This document shows, in pieces, positions 38,768 to 48,786 of a stretch of DNA of 64,000 nucleotides. Positions within the stretch are counted from its first letter, which is position 1, and the number at the start of each line of letters is the position of its first letter. The notes beneath the pieces were generated by a model, which was given only the letters and a program-made list of their open reading frames with translations, did not search any database and was not told the origin of the DNA. The position numbers and the translations under genes were made by a program. The DNA lies in contig JAFYLH010000011.1 in NCBI GenBank assembly GCA_017537175.1, forward strand, positions 323 to 64,322, given 5' to 3'. This stretch comes from Clostridia bacterium (GTDB lineage: Bacteria > Bacillota > Clostridia > Oscillospirales > CAG-272).

Positions 38768-40099
38768 ATGCTTTGCGGTGCTTATGAAGTACAAATAACA
38801 CCCCCTATGGGTACAACTCTTCCCGGATATTTTATGTTCAGATATGCTGACGATGTTCTTGATGAGCTGTATGCAAAGGCGGTTATCTTTGATAACGGAG
38901 AGGTAGTCACAGGCTTTGTTGCCCTTGATATTCTCCATGTTAATGCGTTGATGGTCAAGCTTGTGCGTGACCGCTTTGAAGAGCTCACAGGCGTGAAGGG
39001 AACCAATCTTATGGTTACAGCAACTCACACCCACACAGGCCAGCCTATGGAGCATAACGATGAGTTCAGTATAGTTGATGACGAGCAGATCAGGATAACC
39101 TGTCACAGAGCTGCAGACTGTGCCTATGTTGCGTACAAGCACAGAAAAGAGTGCCATATCGGCTACGGCAGAGGCGAGGAGCACGAGCTTGCCTTCAACC
39201 GCCGCTTTTGGCAGACAGACGGACAGGCTCACACCTGGCCGGGTATCTGTAATCCTGCAAATGTAAAGGAAGCAGGTCCTGTTGACCCCGAATTCAATGT
39301 TATAAGAATAGACGATGTTGACTGTAACACAATTGCAGTTATAACCTGCTTTGCAAACCACCTTGATATGATAGGCGGAACAGCATTTTCGGCTGATTAT
39401 CCCGGTGAGCTTTCCCGTTGTATAAAGAAGGAGCTTGGCGAGGGTGTTGTATCAATGTTCTTAAACGGCTTCTGCGGTGATATTACACATATCGATTACC
39501 GCGGTGGTCATAACTTTGGTAAGAACGGACATATTAAGTGCGGACGCATTCTTGCCGCCGATGTTTTGGGTGTTTATAAAAACATACTCTGTGAGGATGT
39601 TAAAAAATTGGCTGTAGCATCAAAGGTAAAGGTCATAGACCGCCGTCAGCCTACCGACGAACAGTATGAGTGGGGCAAGGCTTACCTTGCGGGAGATATA
39701 AAGAAGCTTGAGGTCCAGGAGGAGGACGGCTTTGAAAAGCCCTCCACGGGTGATAACGAGCTTATGGAACGCTCCTATGCCAAGTGTATGGTCAATCTCC
39801 GTGAGAATCCCATTCTTAACGAGAATGTGGAGCTTCAGGTCATCCGTGTAGGCGATATTATCTTCAACGGTGCTCCCGGTGAGATGTTTGCCGAGCTTAA
39901 CTTTGATATCAAGAACGCATCCGAATTTGATAAGAATGTCAATGTTGAGCTTGCCAACGGCTGTTACGGATATATCGCACCCAGGCATGCATTTGCCGAG
40001 GGCGGCTATGAGGTTACCCTTGACCGTTATGTAAATATGTCTGAGGACACAGGACATATAATGGTCGATACCTTGCTTGAATTACAGAAAGAGATTTGA
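38768..40099 (+). CDS. Neutral/alkaline ceramidase N-terminal-domain-like hydrolase
   Basis: The start GAYEVQITPPMGTTLPGYF...AKAVIFDNGE resembles the ceramidase_alk N-domain of uncharacterised clostridial proteins; aaggag RBS upstream. Confidence 0.45.
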   Translation: MLCGAYEVQITPPMGTTLPGYFMFRYADDVLDELYAKAVIFDNGEVVTGFVALDILHVNALMVKLVRDRFEELTGVKGTNLMVTATHTHTGQPMEHNDEFSIVDDEQIRITCHRAADCAYVAYKHRKECHIGYGRGEEHELAFNRRFWQTDGQAHTWPGICNPANVKEAGPVDPEFNVIRIDDVDCNTIAVITCFANHLDMIGGTAFSADYPGELSRCIKKELGEGVVSMFLNGFCGDITHIDYRGGHNFGKNGHIKCGRILAADVLGVYKNILCEDVKKLAVASKVKVIDRRQPTDEQYEWGKAYLAGDIKKLEVQEEDGFEKPSTGDNELMERSYAKCMVNLRENPILNENVELQVIRVGDIIFNGAPGEMFAELNFDIKNASEFDKNVNVELANGCYGYIAPRHAFAEGGYEVTLDRYVNMSEDTGHIMVDTLLELQKEI

Positions 40100-40100
40100 T

Positions 40101-40128
40101 ATGAAGCAGTCCGAAAGGACTGCTTCAT
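40101..40128 (+). terminator. Hairpin after the ceramidase-like gene (no U-tract)
   Basis: atgaagcagtcc / ggactgcttcat 12-bp stem with gaaa loop; followed by tgaggtg, which is the RBS of the next gene. Confidence 0.45.
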
Positions 40129-40139
40129 TGAGGTGATAT

Positions 40140-41453
40140 ATGAACAAAGGCAGAAAGATAGCCCTTTTACCTATAGGTGTATTTTTGGTGCTCTATTTAG
40201 GGCTTGGAATAGTATTTGAATATATTTTGAAGATAGAGATGGGGTTCTATAACATCCCCATAGTTGTTGCGTTTCTTTGCGCACTTTTGGTTGCCTGTGT
40301 ACAGAACAAGTATTTGTCCTTTGATCGTAAGCTGGTGATAATGGGACAGGGTGTTGGTGATAAAGATATTATTACAATGATCCTTATATTCCTTACAGCA
40401 GGAATATTTGTAGGTGTTGTGGGAAGAGAATCAGCCGAAAGCGTTGCTTATTTTATGCTGTCCGTCATACCTCCGAGATATGCGGTTGCTGTTTTGTTCG
40501 TGGTAGCTTGCTTTGTTTCTTTGGCTATGGGTACCTCTGTTGGTACTATTACTCTTATAACTCCCATAGCCGTTGCACTCTCAAATGCTTCAGGGTTCGA
40601 TCTTGCTCTTTGTGTTGCAACCGTTGTCGGTGGTTCAATGTTTGGAGACAACCTCTCCTTTATTTCTGATACAACAATTGCCGCCTGTAACGGTCAGGGA
40701 TGCAGGATGAAGGACAAGTTCAAGGCTAATTTCTTCATAGCACTCCCGGCAGCTGTTATTTCGGTGGTTATTATTCTTGTTATGTCCTTTAATACAGAGA
40801 TAGCAGGTGAGATATCAAAGGACTATAACCTTATACAGATAATTCCTTATCTTCTTGTTCTTATAGGTGGTATAATAGGTATCAATGTATTTATCGTTCT
40901 TATGATCGGTATAGCTTCGGGCTCTGTTATTATGCTTATAACAGGCGGTGTTGCGGCAACCGATCTTCTTGGAAATATGGGTTCGGGTGCTGCAGGGATG
41001 TTTGAGACTATAATTGTAACCATACTTGTGTCCGCTATCTGCGCTCTTATCAGGGAGTTTGGCGGCTTCGATGCACTTCTTTTTGCAATCAAAAAGGTTT
41101 TCAAGGGTAAAAAAGGCGGACAGATAGGAATGGGTCTTTTAGTTGGTATGCTTGATATTGCTACGGCTAACAACACCGTGGCTATAGTTATGGCCAACCC
41201 GATTGCAAAGGACATTGCTGAGGATTACGATATTTCACCTAAAAAGTCAGCATCTATACTTGATACATTCTCATGTGTTTTTCAAGCGATAATTCCTTAC
41301 GGTGCGCAGATGCTTGTTGCTATATCCGCTGTAACCGAGCTCGGCGGTAAGATATCCGCATTTGATATTATGCCGTTACTGTTTTATCCTTATTTACTGC
41401 TTATCAGCTCACTGATATTTATATTTTTAATTCCCTCAAAGGAGAAAAACTGA
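40140..41453 (+). CDS. Na+/H+ antiporter NhaC family protein
   Basis: About 11-12 TM segments and a GDNLSFISDTTIAA block typical of the NhaC family. Confidence 0.8.
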   Translation: MNKGRKIALLPIGVFLVLYLGLGIVFEYILKIEMGFYNIPIVVAFLCALLVACVQNKYLSFDRKLVIMGQGVGDKDIITMILIFLTAGIFVGVVGRESAESVAYFMLSVIPPRYAVAVLFVVACFVSLAMGTSVGTITLITPIAVALSNASGFDLALCVATVVGGSMFGDNLSFISDTTIAACNGQGCRMKDKFKANFFIALPAAVISVVIILVMSFNTEIAGEISKDYNLIQIIPYLLVLIGGIIGINVFIVLMIGIASGSVIMLITGGVAATDLLGNMGSGAAGMFETIIVTILVSAICALIREFGGFDALLFAIKKVFKGKKGGQIGMGLLVGMLDIATANNTVAIVMANPIAKDIAEDYDISPKKSASILDTFSCVFQAIIPYGAQMLVAISAVTELGGKISAFDIMPLLFYPYLLLISSLIFIFLIPSKEKN

Positions 41454-42082
41454 TGTATACCAAGCATTTTTATGAGTCCGAGCATTATCAGAGCTTCGGA
41501 TATATTCGCTATTTGCCAAAGAATTTCGACAAAAACAAAAAATATCCCCTTGTTTTCTTCCTCCATGGTGCAGGTGAAAGAGGAGATGACCTTGATGTTT
41601 TAGCAAAGCACGGATATATGAAATATCATACTGAGGATGGAAGGGAATATCCATTTATATTTATTTCTCCGCAGTGTCCAAAGGGAAAGTACTGGGGCAA
41701 CTATGTGGAGTCGCTACATAAGTTCCTTGACTATATTTGCGATACTCTGCCTGTTGATAAGGTCTATCTTACCGGCATCAGTATGGGCGGAACGGGTACA
41801 TATCTTATGGCACAGGCAGAGCCCTCCCGCTTTGCGGCGATAGCACCTATATGCGGAAGCGGCATACCTTGGTATACTGAGGTTCTAAAGGATCTTCCTT
41901 GCCGCGTTTATCACGGTGCAAGGGATACCTCTGTTGATCCCCATGACAGCCTCTCTATGGTTGCATCCATCAACCGTGCAGGCGGTAAGGCCGAGCTTAC
42001 TATTTATCCGGGAGTCTACCATAACTGCTGGGATATCGTTTATTCATCAAACGAACTCATAGAATGGTTTTTAAAGCATTAA
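41453..42082 (+). CDS. Alpha/beta hydrolase (carboxylesterase / PHB-depolymerase-like esterase)
   Basis: PLVFFLHGAGERG, nucleophile elbow GISMGG, and later D and H (HGARDTSVD, YHNCW). The start overlaps the nhaC stop. Confidence 0.75.
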   Translation: MYTKHFYESEHYQSFGYIRYLPKNFDKNKKYPLVFFLHGAGERGDDLDVLAKHGYMKYHTEDGREYPFIFISPQCPKGKYWGNYVESLHKFLDYICDTLPVDKVYLTGISMGGTGTYLMAQAEPSRFAAIAPICGSGIPWYTEVLKDLPCRVYHGARDTSVDPHDSLSMVASINRAGGKAELTIYPGVYHNCWDIVYSSNELIEWFLKH

Positions 42083-42153
42083 CAATTTATTATTGAATAG
42101 TTATTATTACTTGTGTACAATATTAATGTATATAATTTATACGGAGGAATTTT

Positions 42154-43236
42154 ATGGCAAGTATTCTTATCAGCCCTTCCAAATACGTACAGGGCGCAGG
42201 TGAAATTAATAAATTAGGTGAATATGTTTCTAAGCTCGGCAAGAGCGCTCTTGCTCTTATAAGCGAGTCAGGTTACAAGAGAACCGGTAAAGAGATCGAG
42301 GATAGCTTTGACAATACAAGCATTGCCTTTGACTTTTTTAACGGTGAATGCTCGATGAATGAAATAGAGAGACTTAAGAAGGTCGTTGCAGAAAAGGGTA
42401 GCGATGTTATAATCGGTATCGGCGGCGGTAAGATACTTGATACCGCTAAGGCTGTGGCTTACTACTGTGAGCTTCCCGTGGTTATCGTTCCTACAATCGC
42501 TTCAACCGATGCTCCCTGCAGTGCGCTTTCTGTTATCTACACAGATGACGGTGTGTTTGAAAAATATCTTTTCTTACCCGCTAACCCCAACCTCGTTCTT
42601 ATGGATACCAATGTTATCGCAAAGTCACCCGCAAGACTTACCGTATCCGGTATGGGTGACGCCCTTGCTACCTATTTTGAAGCAAGAGCAACCGCGGCTT
42701 CAGGCTCCGGCACCTGTGCAGGCGGTACTGTTACAAATGCTGCTATGGCTTTGGCAAAGCTCTGCTATGAGACTCTTATCGACAACGGTATAGATGCCAA
42801 GCTTGCTCTTGAAAGAAATGTCTGCACTCCTGCTGTAAACAATGTTATTGAGGCAAATACCCTTCTTTCGGGTATAGGCTTTGAGAGTGGCGGTCTTGCA
42901 GGAGCCCACGCAATTCACAACGGCTTTACCGTACTGCCCGAATGTCATCATATGTACCACGGTGAAAAGGTTGCCTTTGGTACTATCACTCAGCTTGTTA
43001 TGGAAAACGCCCCTGAGCTTGAAGAGGTTATTCTGTTCTGTATCGAAGCAGGCTTGCCTGTTACTCTTGGTGAGCTTGGTATAGAGGATGTTACCGAGGA
43101 GAAGATCAGAGCAGTCGCAGAGGCTGCATCTGTTGAGGGTGAGACTATACACAATATGCCCTTTAAGGTTACCGCTGACAGCGTTTATGCCGCAATTATG
43201 GCTGCGGATGCCTTGGGTCATTATTATCTTGACTGA
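42154..43236 (+). CDS. gldA: Glycerol dehydrogenase (iron-containing ADH family)
   Basis: SPSKYVQGAGEI, GIGGGKILDTAKAVA, and His ligands in AGAHAIHNG...HGEKVAFG. Confidence 0.9.
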   Translation: MASILISPSKYVQGAGEINKLGEYVSKLGKSALALISESGYKRTGKEIEDSFDNTSIAFDFFNGECSMNEIERLKKVVAEKGSDVIIGIGGGKILDTAKAVAYYCELPVVIVPTIASTDAPCSALSVIYTDDGVFEKYLFLPANPNLVLMDTNVIAKSPARLTVSGMGDALATYFEARATAASGSGTCAGGTVTNAAMALAKLCYETLIDNGIDAKLALERNVCTPAVNNVIEANTLLSGIGFESGGLAGAHAIHNGFTVLPECHHMYHGEKVAFGTITQLVMENAPELEEVILFCIEAGLPVTLGELGIEDVTEEKIRAVAEAASVEGETIHNMPFKVTADSVYAAIMAADALGHYYLD

Positions 43237-43243
43237 TTTTCTT

Positions 43244-43281
43244 ATATCCCTCAATTCTGTTGAGGGATATTTTGTCTTTTT
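43244..43281 (+). terminator. Rho-independent terminator of gldA
   Basis: atatccctcaa / ttgagggatat 11-bp stem with 5-nt loop, followed by tttgtcttttt. Confidence 0.8.
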
Positions 43282-43318
43282 GTTGATTGGGTGATATCAT
43301 TATTTGTTGGAGGTAGCT

Positions 43319-43771
43319 ATGCCTGAAATTGAATTAACCAATATGGTTATGGTTTATGACAGGGACACAGGTAAGATCCTTGTTCAGGAGCGTATTAAGT
43401 ATTGGAAGGGTGTTACCTTTCCCGGTGGACATGTAGAGCCGGGTGAAAGCTTTGTTGATTCGGCTATCAGAGAGATAAAAGAGGAAACAGGGCTCGATAT
43501 TGCTGAGCTTGAATCCTGCGGTGTTATACATTGGTGCAATAAGGATACCTCGGACAGATACATAGTTTTCTGCTACAGAACATCGGTCTATTCGGGCGAA
43601 CTTATCAGCTCTACCGAGGAGGGAAGAGTTTTTTGGACTACTCCTGAGGAGGTAGCCAAAATGCCTCAGGCAGAGAATTTTGACAAATATATGCCTATAT
43701 TTCTTGATCCCGTAAACGAGGCCTTTGGCCCCTGGCGGGATGGTGAGGATATGGATATCTTTTACAAATAG
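43319..43771 (+). CDS. NUDIX hydrolase
   Basis: Nudix box GGHVEPGESFVDSAIREIKEETGL. The ATG at 43319 has ggagg 6 nt upstream, so the ORF-track TTG at 43304 is less likely. Confidence 0.85.
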   Translation: MPEIELTNMVMVYDRDTGKILVQERIKYWKGVTFPGGHVEPGESFVDSAIREIKEETGLDIAELESCGVIHWCNKDTSDRYIVFCYRTSVYSGELISSTEEGRVFWTTPEEVAKMPQAENFDKYMPIFLDPVNEAFGPWRDGEDMDIFYK

Positions 43772-43782
43772 GGGGAGCTGCG

Positions 43783-44364
43783 ATGCCTTGCGCTATGATG
43801 CACCTTGTGTGTGCAAGATTATATGATAAAGATGCCGATATTGCTTTTTACATAGGCAACGAGGCTCCCGACTGTATGGATATCCGTGAAATAAAGGACA
43901 AAAGCCATTTCAGAATATATGCAGATGACAGGGAAGAAAAATTGACCGAGTTTGCCCGTACACTTGATCTCAGCGATCCTTATGAGCTTGGTGTGCTTTT
44001 GCATCTGTATGTGGATATGCTGTGGGACAGAGGGCCTATGGCAATGCACAAACTTAATTATAAGGGTGAAGACTGGTTTCACGATTACCGTCATCAGATA
44101 AGACTTATAGGTACACATATTTACAAAAATGCGGATTGGTCAAAGAAGCTTTGGCAAAAAATGAGTGAAGCACCTGAGGAGAAATATGCTTCACTTTCGC
44201 TGTTTCCGTCCGAAAAGATAAAGAGCTATATCTGCTTTAACCGCGACAGAGACCGTTCGGGTGAGACAACATCATCTCCCGACTTTCCGCCCGAGCTTGT
44301 GGACAGCTTTTGCGTTGAGGCTGTCGAGAGCTTTAAAAGCTATTTAAGCCGTATTTCGGTTTGA
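43783..44364 (+). CDS. Hypothetical protein (193 aa)
   Basis: ORF with a ggggga RBS and codon style like its neighbours; I recognised no motif with confidence. Confidence 0.4.
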   Translation: MPCAMMHLVCARLYDKDADIAFYIGNEAPDCMDIREIKDKSHFRIYADDREEKLTEFARTLDLSDPYELGVLLHLYVDMLWDRGPMAMHKLNYKGEDWFHDYRHQIRLIGTHIYKNADWSKKLWQKMSEAPEEKYASLSLFPSEKIKSYICFNRDRDRSGETTSSPDFPPELVDSFCVEAVESFKSYLSRISV

Positions 44365-44411
44365 GTATACATATATTATTTCAGATTTTAACTTAAAGAA
44401 AGGTGATAAAA

Positions 44412-47399
44412 ATGCTTGAGTTAAAAGGTATCGTAAAAAACTATACATCCGGCGATGAAACCGTTATGGCTCTTCGCGGGATCGATCTGCAGTTCAGACG
44501 CAACGATTTTGTATCTATTCTCGGACCGTCAGGCTGTGGCAAGACAACATTGCTCAATATCATCGGCGGTCTTGACCAATATACAAGAGGTGACCTTATA
44601 ATTGACGGTGTATCCACCAAGAACTATAAGGACAGAAATTGGGACTGCTACCGTAATCATAAGATAGGATTTGTGTTCCAGAGCTATAACCTCATCCCCC
44701 ATCAGAGTGTTCTTTCCAATGTTGAGCTGGCATTGACCTTGTCCGGTGTTTCAAAGGCAGAACGCAGAAAAAGGGCAAAGGAAGCCCTCTGTAAGGTTGG
44801 TCTGGGAGACCAGTTGAAAAAGCGCCCCAATCAGATGTCGGGCGGACAGATGCAGAGAGTTGCAATTGCAAGGGCATTGGTAAACGATCCCGATATTATC
44901 CTTGCCGATGAGCCTACAGGTGCTCTTGATACCGAGACCAGTAAGCAGGTTATGGAGATCTTAAAGGAAATATCCAAGGACCGTCTTATCATTATGGTTA
45001 CCCATAACCCCGATATTGCAGAGGAATATTCAACCCGAATTATCCGTATGCTTGACGGTTGTATCACATCTGATACCAATCCCCTGAGCGATGAGGAAAA
45101 GGCTGCTTTTGTTACAAACCAAAAGCCTAAGAAGGAAAAGATGCCCTCTATGTCCTTAGTTACATCCTTTAAGCTTTCCCTCAAAAACCTGTTTACAAAG
45201 AAGGGAAGAACCATACTTACCTCCTTTGCCGGCTCTATAGGTATCATAGGCATTGCGCTTATTCTGTCTGTGTCACAGGGTACTACGGCGTATATCAATT
45301 CTATACAGGAGGAGACCCTTTCCTCTTATCCCCTTACCCTTGAGGCTTCTACTATGGAGCTGGGCACTATTATGGAGACATTTATGAATGTATCCGCAGA
45401 GTCCTCTGCTCACGATAAGGATAAGGTATACAAAAAAGAGGCGGTTGTTGACATAGTAAATGCTATGAACGCTCTTGAAGAGACCGAAAATGACCTTTTC
45501 AGCTTTAATGAGTATCTTCTTTCAGAGCTTGAGGATGAGGACAGTAAGCTCAATGAGGCTGTTAACGGAGTTCAGTATTCCTATGACCTTGATATGCTCA
45601 TATATACCGAAAATGTTGAGGGTGAAATAATCCACACCGATACAGAGGATTTTATGGCAAAGATCATGAGCGAGTATATCGGTATGGATGTAAATGCTAT
45701 GGAATCTATGATGGGTAACAGCAGTCTTGCATCTATGAGTACTATGAGCTCTTCAAACATCTGGCAGGAGCTTCTGCCCGGCAAGGACGGCTCTGCTGTC
45801 AATGATCTGCTGTTTAACCAGTATGACCTTGTATATGGCGACTGGCCTAATGATTACGATGAAATAGTTATAGTTCTTGACAGAAACAACGAGCTTGACG
45901 ATGTATCTCTCTATGCTCTCGGTCTTATACCACAGGAGCGTATGGATAAGATGATAGATGCCACAATGAAGGGCGAGCATATCGAAAATCTCTCTCAGAG
46001 CTGGAGCTATGAAGAGATATGTGAACGGGAGTACAAGACTATTCTCAATTCATCCTGTTATACCTATGATGAGACAACGGGCACCTATAACGATCTTCGC
46101 GATACCGATGCGGGGCTCCGCTACCTTTATAACAGCGCTGACAGTACACTTTCTCTTAAGGTTACCGGTATAATCCGCCCCAATGAAGAGTGCTCTTCGC
46201 CTATGCTTAAGGGCAGTATCGGATATACACACGCACTTACCGAGTTTGTAATAGAACAGGCAAAGGATGCCGATGTTATAAATGCTCAGTTAGATTCACC
46301 CGATACAGATATACTTACAGGTCTGCCCTTTAAGCCCGAAAACGGTGAAATGACCGATGCTGAAAAGAAGACCGAATTCCTTGCTTATCTCGATACCTTA
46401 GGTGATGCAGAAAAGGCGCAGACTTATATTGCAATAAAGTCTATTCCCGAGCCTGAATTTGTACAGGAGCAGATAAACGGTATTCTTTCCTCCATGACCC
46501 GTGAGGACATTGAAGCACAGCTTATAGAGGGCATGTCCTCTCAGGTGAGTGTTTCTCAAAAGGAAATTACAGATTATCTTGCTTCTATGACCGACGAGGA
46601 ACTCAACAAGACATTTGCGATGATCATGGAGGAGCAGATCAAGCTTCAGTATGCACAGGGTGTGGTTGCTCAGATGGCATCAGTTCCCGCCGAGCAGCTG
46701 CTTATGGCTCTTACCGCAGAGCTTGAGACCTATACCGATGAGCAGTTTGGCAGATATTATGATGAGATAATCACCTTCTCCGAGACTACCTATGAGGATA
46801 ATCTTGTTAAGATGGGTTATCTTGATCTTGATAGACCCTCTGCCATCAATATTTATGCTTCTTCCTTTGAAAATAAGGATATAATAACCGATGCTATAGA
46901 AGCCTATAACAATACTGTTGATGAGGCTTATCGGATCAAATATACCGACTATATAGGAATTCTGATGAGCTCAATCACACTGATCATCGATGCCATAACC
47001 TATGTTCTTATTGCCTTTGTTGCTATTTCACTTATAGTTTCTTCCATTATGATAGGTGTAATTACACTCATATCGGTACAGGAGAGAACAAAGGAGATCG
47101 GTATTCTCAGAGCTATTGGTGCTTCAAAGCGTAATGTTGCAAGAATGTTCAATGCCGAAACGATGATAGTAGGCTTTATATCAGGTGTCTTTGGTGTTGT
47201 GATAACAGCACTTCTCTGCATACCTATAAACGCAATTCTCTTTGCGCTGACCGATATTGCAAATCTTAAGGCTCAGCTGCCCTTGGCTGCGGCAATAATC
47301 CTTGTGGTGATAAGCGTTGCGCTTACCCTTATCTCGGGTATCATCCCCTCAAGAAGTGCTGCAAAGAAGGATCCTGTGGTTGCGTTGAGAACCGAATAA
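44412..47399 (+). CDS. Fused ABC ATPase + FtsX-type permease (MacB-like) with a very large extracytoplasmic domain
   Basis: GPSGCGKTT, MSGGQMQRVAIARAL and ILADEPTGALD lie in aa 1-225. TM1 is near aa 275-295, followed by a domain of about 570 aa. The C-terminal FtsX-type 3-TM bundle is marked by QERTKEIGILRAIGASK. Confidence 0.85.
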   Translation: MLELKGIVKNYTSGDETVMALRGIDLQFRRNDFVSILGPSGCGKTTLLNIIGGLDQYTRGDLIIDGVSTKNYKDRNWDCYRNHKIGFVFQSYNLIPHQSVLSNVELALTLSGVSKAERRKRAKEALCKVGLGDQLKKRPNQMSGGQMQRVAIARALVNDPDIILADEPTGALDTETSKQVMEILKEISKDRLIIMVTHNPDIAEEYSTRIIRMLDGCITSDTNPLSDEEKAAFVTNQKPKKEKMPSMSLVTSFKLSLKNLFTKKGRTILTSFAGSIGIIGIALILSVSQGTTAYINSIQEETLSSYPLTLEASTMELGTIMETFMNVSAESSAHDKDKVYKKEAVVDIVNAMNALEETENDLFSFNEYLLSELEDEDSKLNEAVNGVQYSYDLDMLIYTENVEGEIIHTDTEDFMAKIMSEYIGMDVNAMESMMGNSSLASMSTMSSSNIWQELLPGKDGSAVNDLLFNQYDLVYGDWPNDYDEIVIVLDRNNELDDVSLYALGLIPQERMDKMIDATMKGEHIENLSQSWSYEEICEREYKTILNSSCYTYDETTGTYNDLRDTDAGLRYLYNSADSTLSLKVTGIIRPNEECSSPMLKGSIGYTHALTEFVIEQAKDADVINAQLDSPDTDILTGLPFKPENGEMTDAEKKTEFLAYLDTLGDAEKAQTYIAIKSIPEPEFVQEQINGILSSMTREDIEAQLIEGMSSQVSVSQKEITDYLASMTDEELNKTFAMIMEEQIKLQYAQGVVAQMASVPAEQLLMALTAELETYTDEQFGRYYDEIITFSETTYEDNLVKMGYLDLDRPSAINIYASSFENKDIITDAIEAYNNTVDEAYRIKYTDYIGILMSSITLIIDAITYVLIAFVAISLIVSSIMIGVITLISVQERTKEIGILRAIGASKRNVARMFNAETMIVGFISGVFGVVITALLCIPINAILFALTDIANLKAQLPLAAAIILVVISVALTLISGIIPSRSAAKKDPVVALRTE

Positions 47400-47409
47400 T
47401 ATTAAATAT

Positions 47410-47430
47410 GAGGATGCATTTTGCATCCTC
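47410..47430. terminator. Bidirectional hairpin between convergent genes
   Basis: gaggatgc / gcatcctc stem with A/T loop, between the MacB-like stop and the TlpA-like stop (overlaps the latter). Confidence 0.55.
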
Positions 47431-48004
47431 ATTTCAGTATATCTTCAATCATTGTGATGAGCTTGTCTTTATTTAGCATACCTGCCTGGCAGTAGTATAT
47501 GTTACCCTTTGCATCCACAATTCCTGTAGTAGGAAATGCGCTTACATTATACGCATATGTTGCCGACAGGTTGGTGTCGTAGTATACAGGGAATGTGTAG
47601 CCCTTCTCATCGATATAAGACTTTGCCTCGGGGATGGTATCGTTGCCACCACCGTTGACATCTATTATCATAAATGTTACTCTGTCACCGTATTCCTTAT
47701 ATACCTCCTCAAAGTCCGGCATTTCTTCAAGGCAGTAGGGACACCAGGTGGTCCAGTAATTGAATACAACAGGCTTGCCATCGCCCAGCTTGTCGGAAAG
47801 TGAAACCGCGTTGCCCGAATAGTCATAGACCGTAAAATCCGGATATGCGGTATCTGATGTATCCTCAATGCTGTCTGTAACAGCAGGATTATCCTGAACA
47901 CTTTGGGTATTATTATTACCGGCCGTAATTTCATCAAGCATACTGCATGCACTTAAGCTCAATATGAGGGTAAGGGATAAGATCATTAAGATGATTCTTT
48001 TCAT
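47429..48004 (-). CDS. TlpA/ResA-like thiol-disulfide oxidoreductase lipoprotein
   Basis: Lipobox LSLSAC after a signal peptide; thioredoxin-fold WTTWCPYC active site. Confidence 0.85.
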   Translation of the reverse strand: MKRIILMILSLTLILSLSACSMLDEITAGNNNTQSVQDNPAVTDSIEDTSDTAYPDFTVYDYSGNAVSLSDKLGDGKPVVFNYWTTWCPYCLEEMPDFEEVYKEYGDRVTFMIIDVNGGGNDTIPEAKSYIDEKGYTFPVYYDTNLSATYAYNVSAFPTTGIVDAKGNIYYCQAGMLNKDKLITMIEDILK

Positions 48005-48008
48005 ATAT

Positions 48009-48737
48009 TCACATCCTTATTGATATTTCACCGCTGTCAAGAGCGGTGATGATGTTGTTTTGATCCTTGACTGTAAGTCTGAATTCGTTGTCTATATCAA
48101 GAGCATAGGCAGGGTAACTACCGTTGGCGTGTACAACCTTAATGTTCTTGCCAATGACAATGCTTCTTTGCTTATATGACGGCAGATGAGGCTTTGATAA
48201 AAGGTTGCCGTAATAGACCTCAAAATGCTTTATGATGCTCTCGGCTAAAGCGTTGCGGACATTTATATCTTTGGGAGAACCGTAGATACTTCCCGCTATA
48301 TCCTTGATATCAGGAGGAAATCCGCCCTCTGGAGTATATATGTTTACACCGATACCCAGTATTGCATAATCAAGCCTGCCGCCCTCGGTAAAGCCTGCTT
48401 CTGTCAGTATTCCGCAAACCTTTTTGTTACCGATAAATATATCGTTTACCCATTTGATGCCTGTTTTGATATTGGCTGTTTCTTCTATAGCCTCAGATAC
48501 GGCAACCGCCGCCGCCGTGGTGATATACAGACATTTTTGCACTTCAATATCCGGGCGCAGGATAATACTCATATACAGACCGCTTGAATCGGGGGAGCAA
48601 AAGCTTCTTCCCATACGGCCGTAGCCGCCCGTTTGCTTATCGGCAATTATAACGGTAAACTCGGGTGCACCGTCCTTTGCCAATACCTTTGCATATTTGT
48701 TTGTAGAGTCAAGCTCTTTAAAATACATTATATCCAT
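48009..48737 (-). CDS. birA: Biotin--[acetyl-CoA-carboxylase] ligase (group I, no HTH domain)
   Basis: LDSTNKYA, QTGGYGRMGRSF and KWVNDI blocks. Start M at 48737 (or 48728) was chosen; there is no N-terminal DNA-binding domain. Confidence 0.85.
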   Translation of the reverse strand: MDIMYFKELDSTNKYAKVLAKDGAPEFTVIIADKQTGGYGRMGRSFCSPDSSGLYMSIILRPDIEVQKCLYITTAAAVAVSEAIEETANIKTGIKWVNDIFIGNKKVCGILTEAGFTEGGRLDYAILGIGVNIYTPEGGFPPDIKDIAGSIYGSPKDINVRNALAESIIKHFEVYYGNLLSKPHLPSYKQRSIVIGKNIKVVHANGSYPAYALDIDNEFRLTVKDQNNIITALDSGEISIRM

Positions 48738-48786
48738 ACTATTATTATAACACATACCTGTCTTTACAGTCAATGCAAATTAACTC

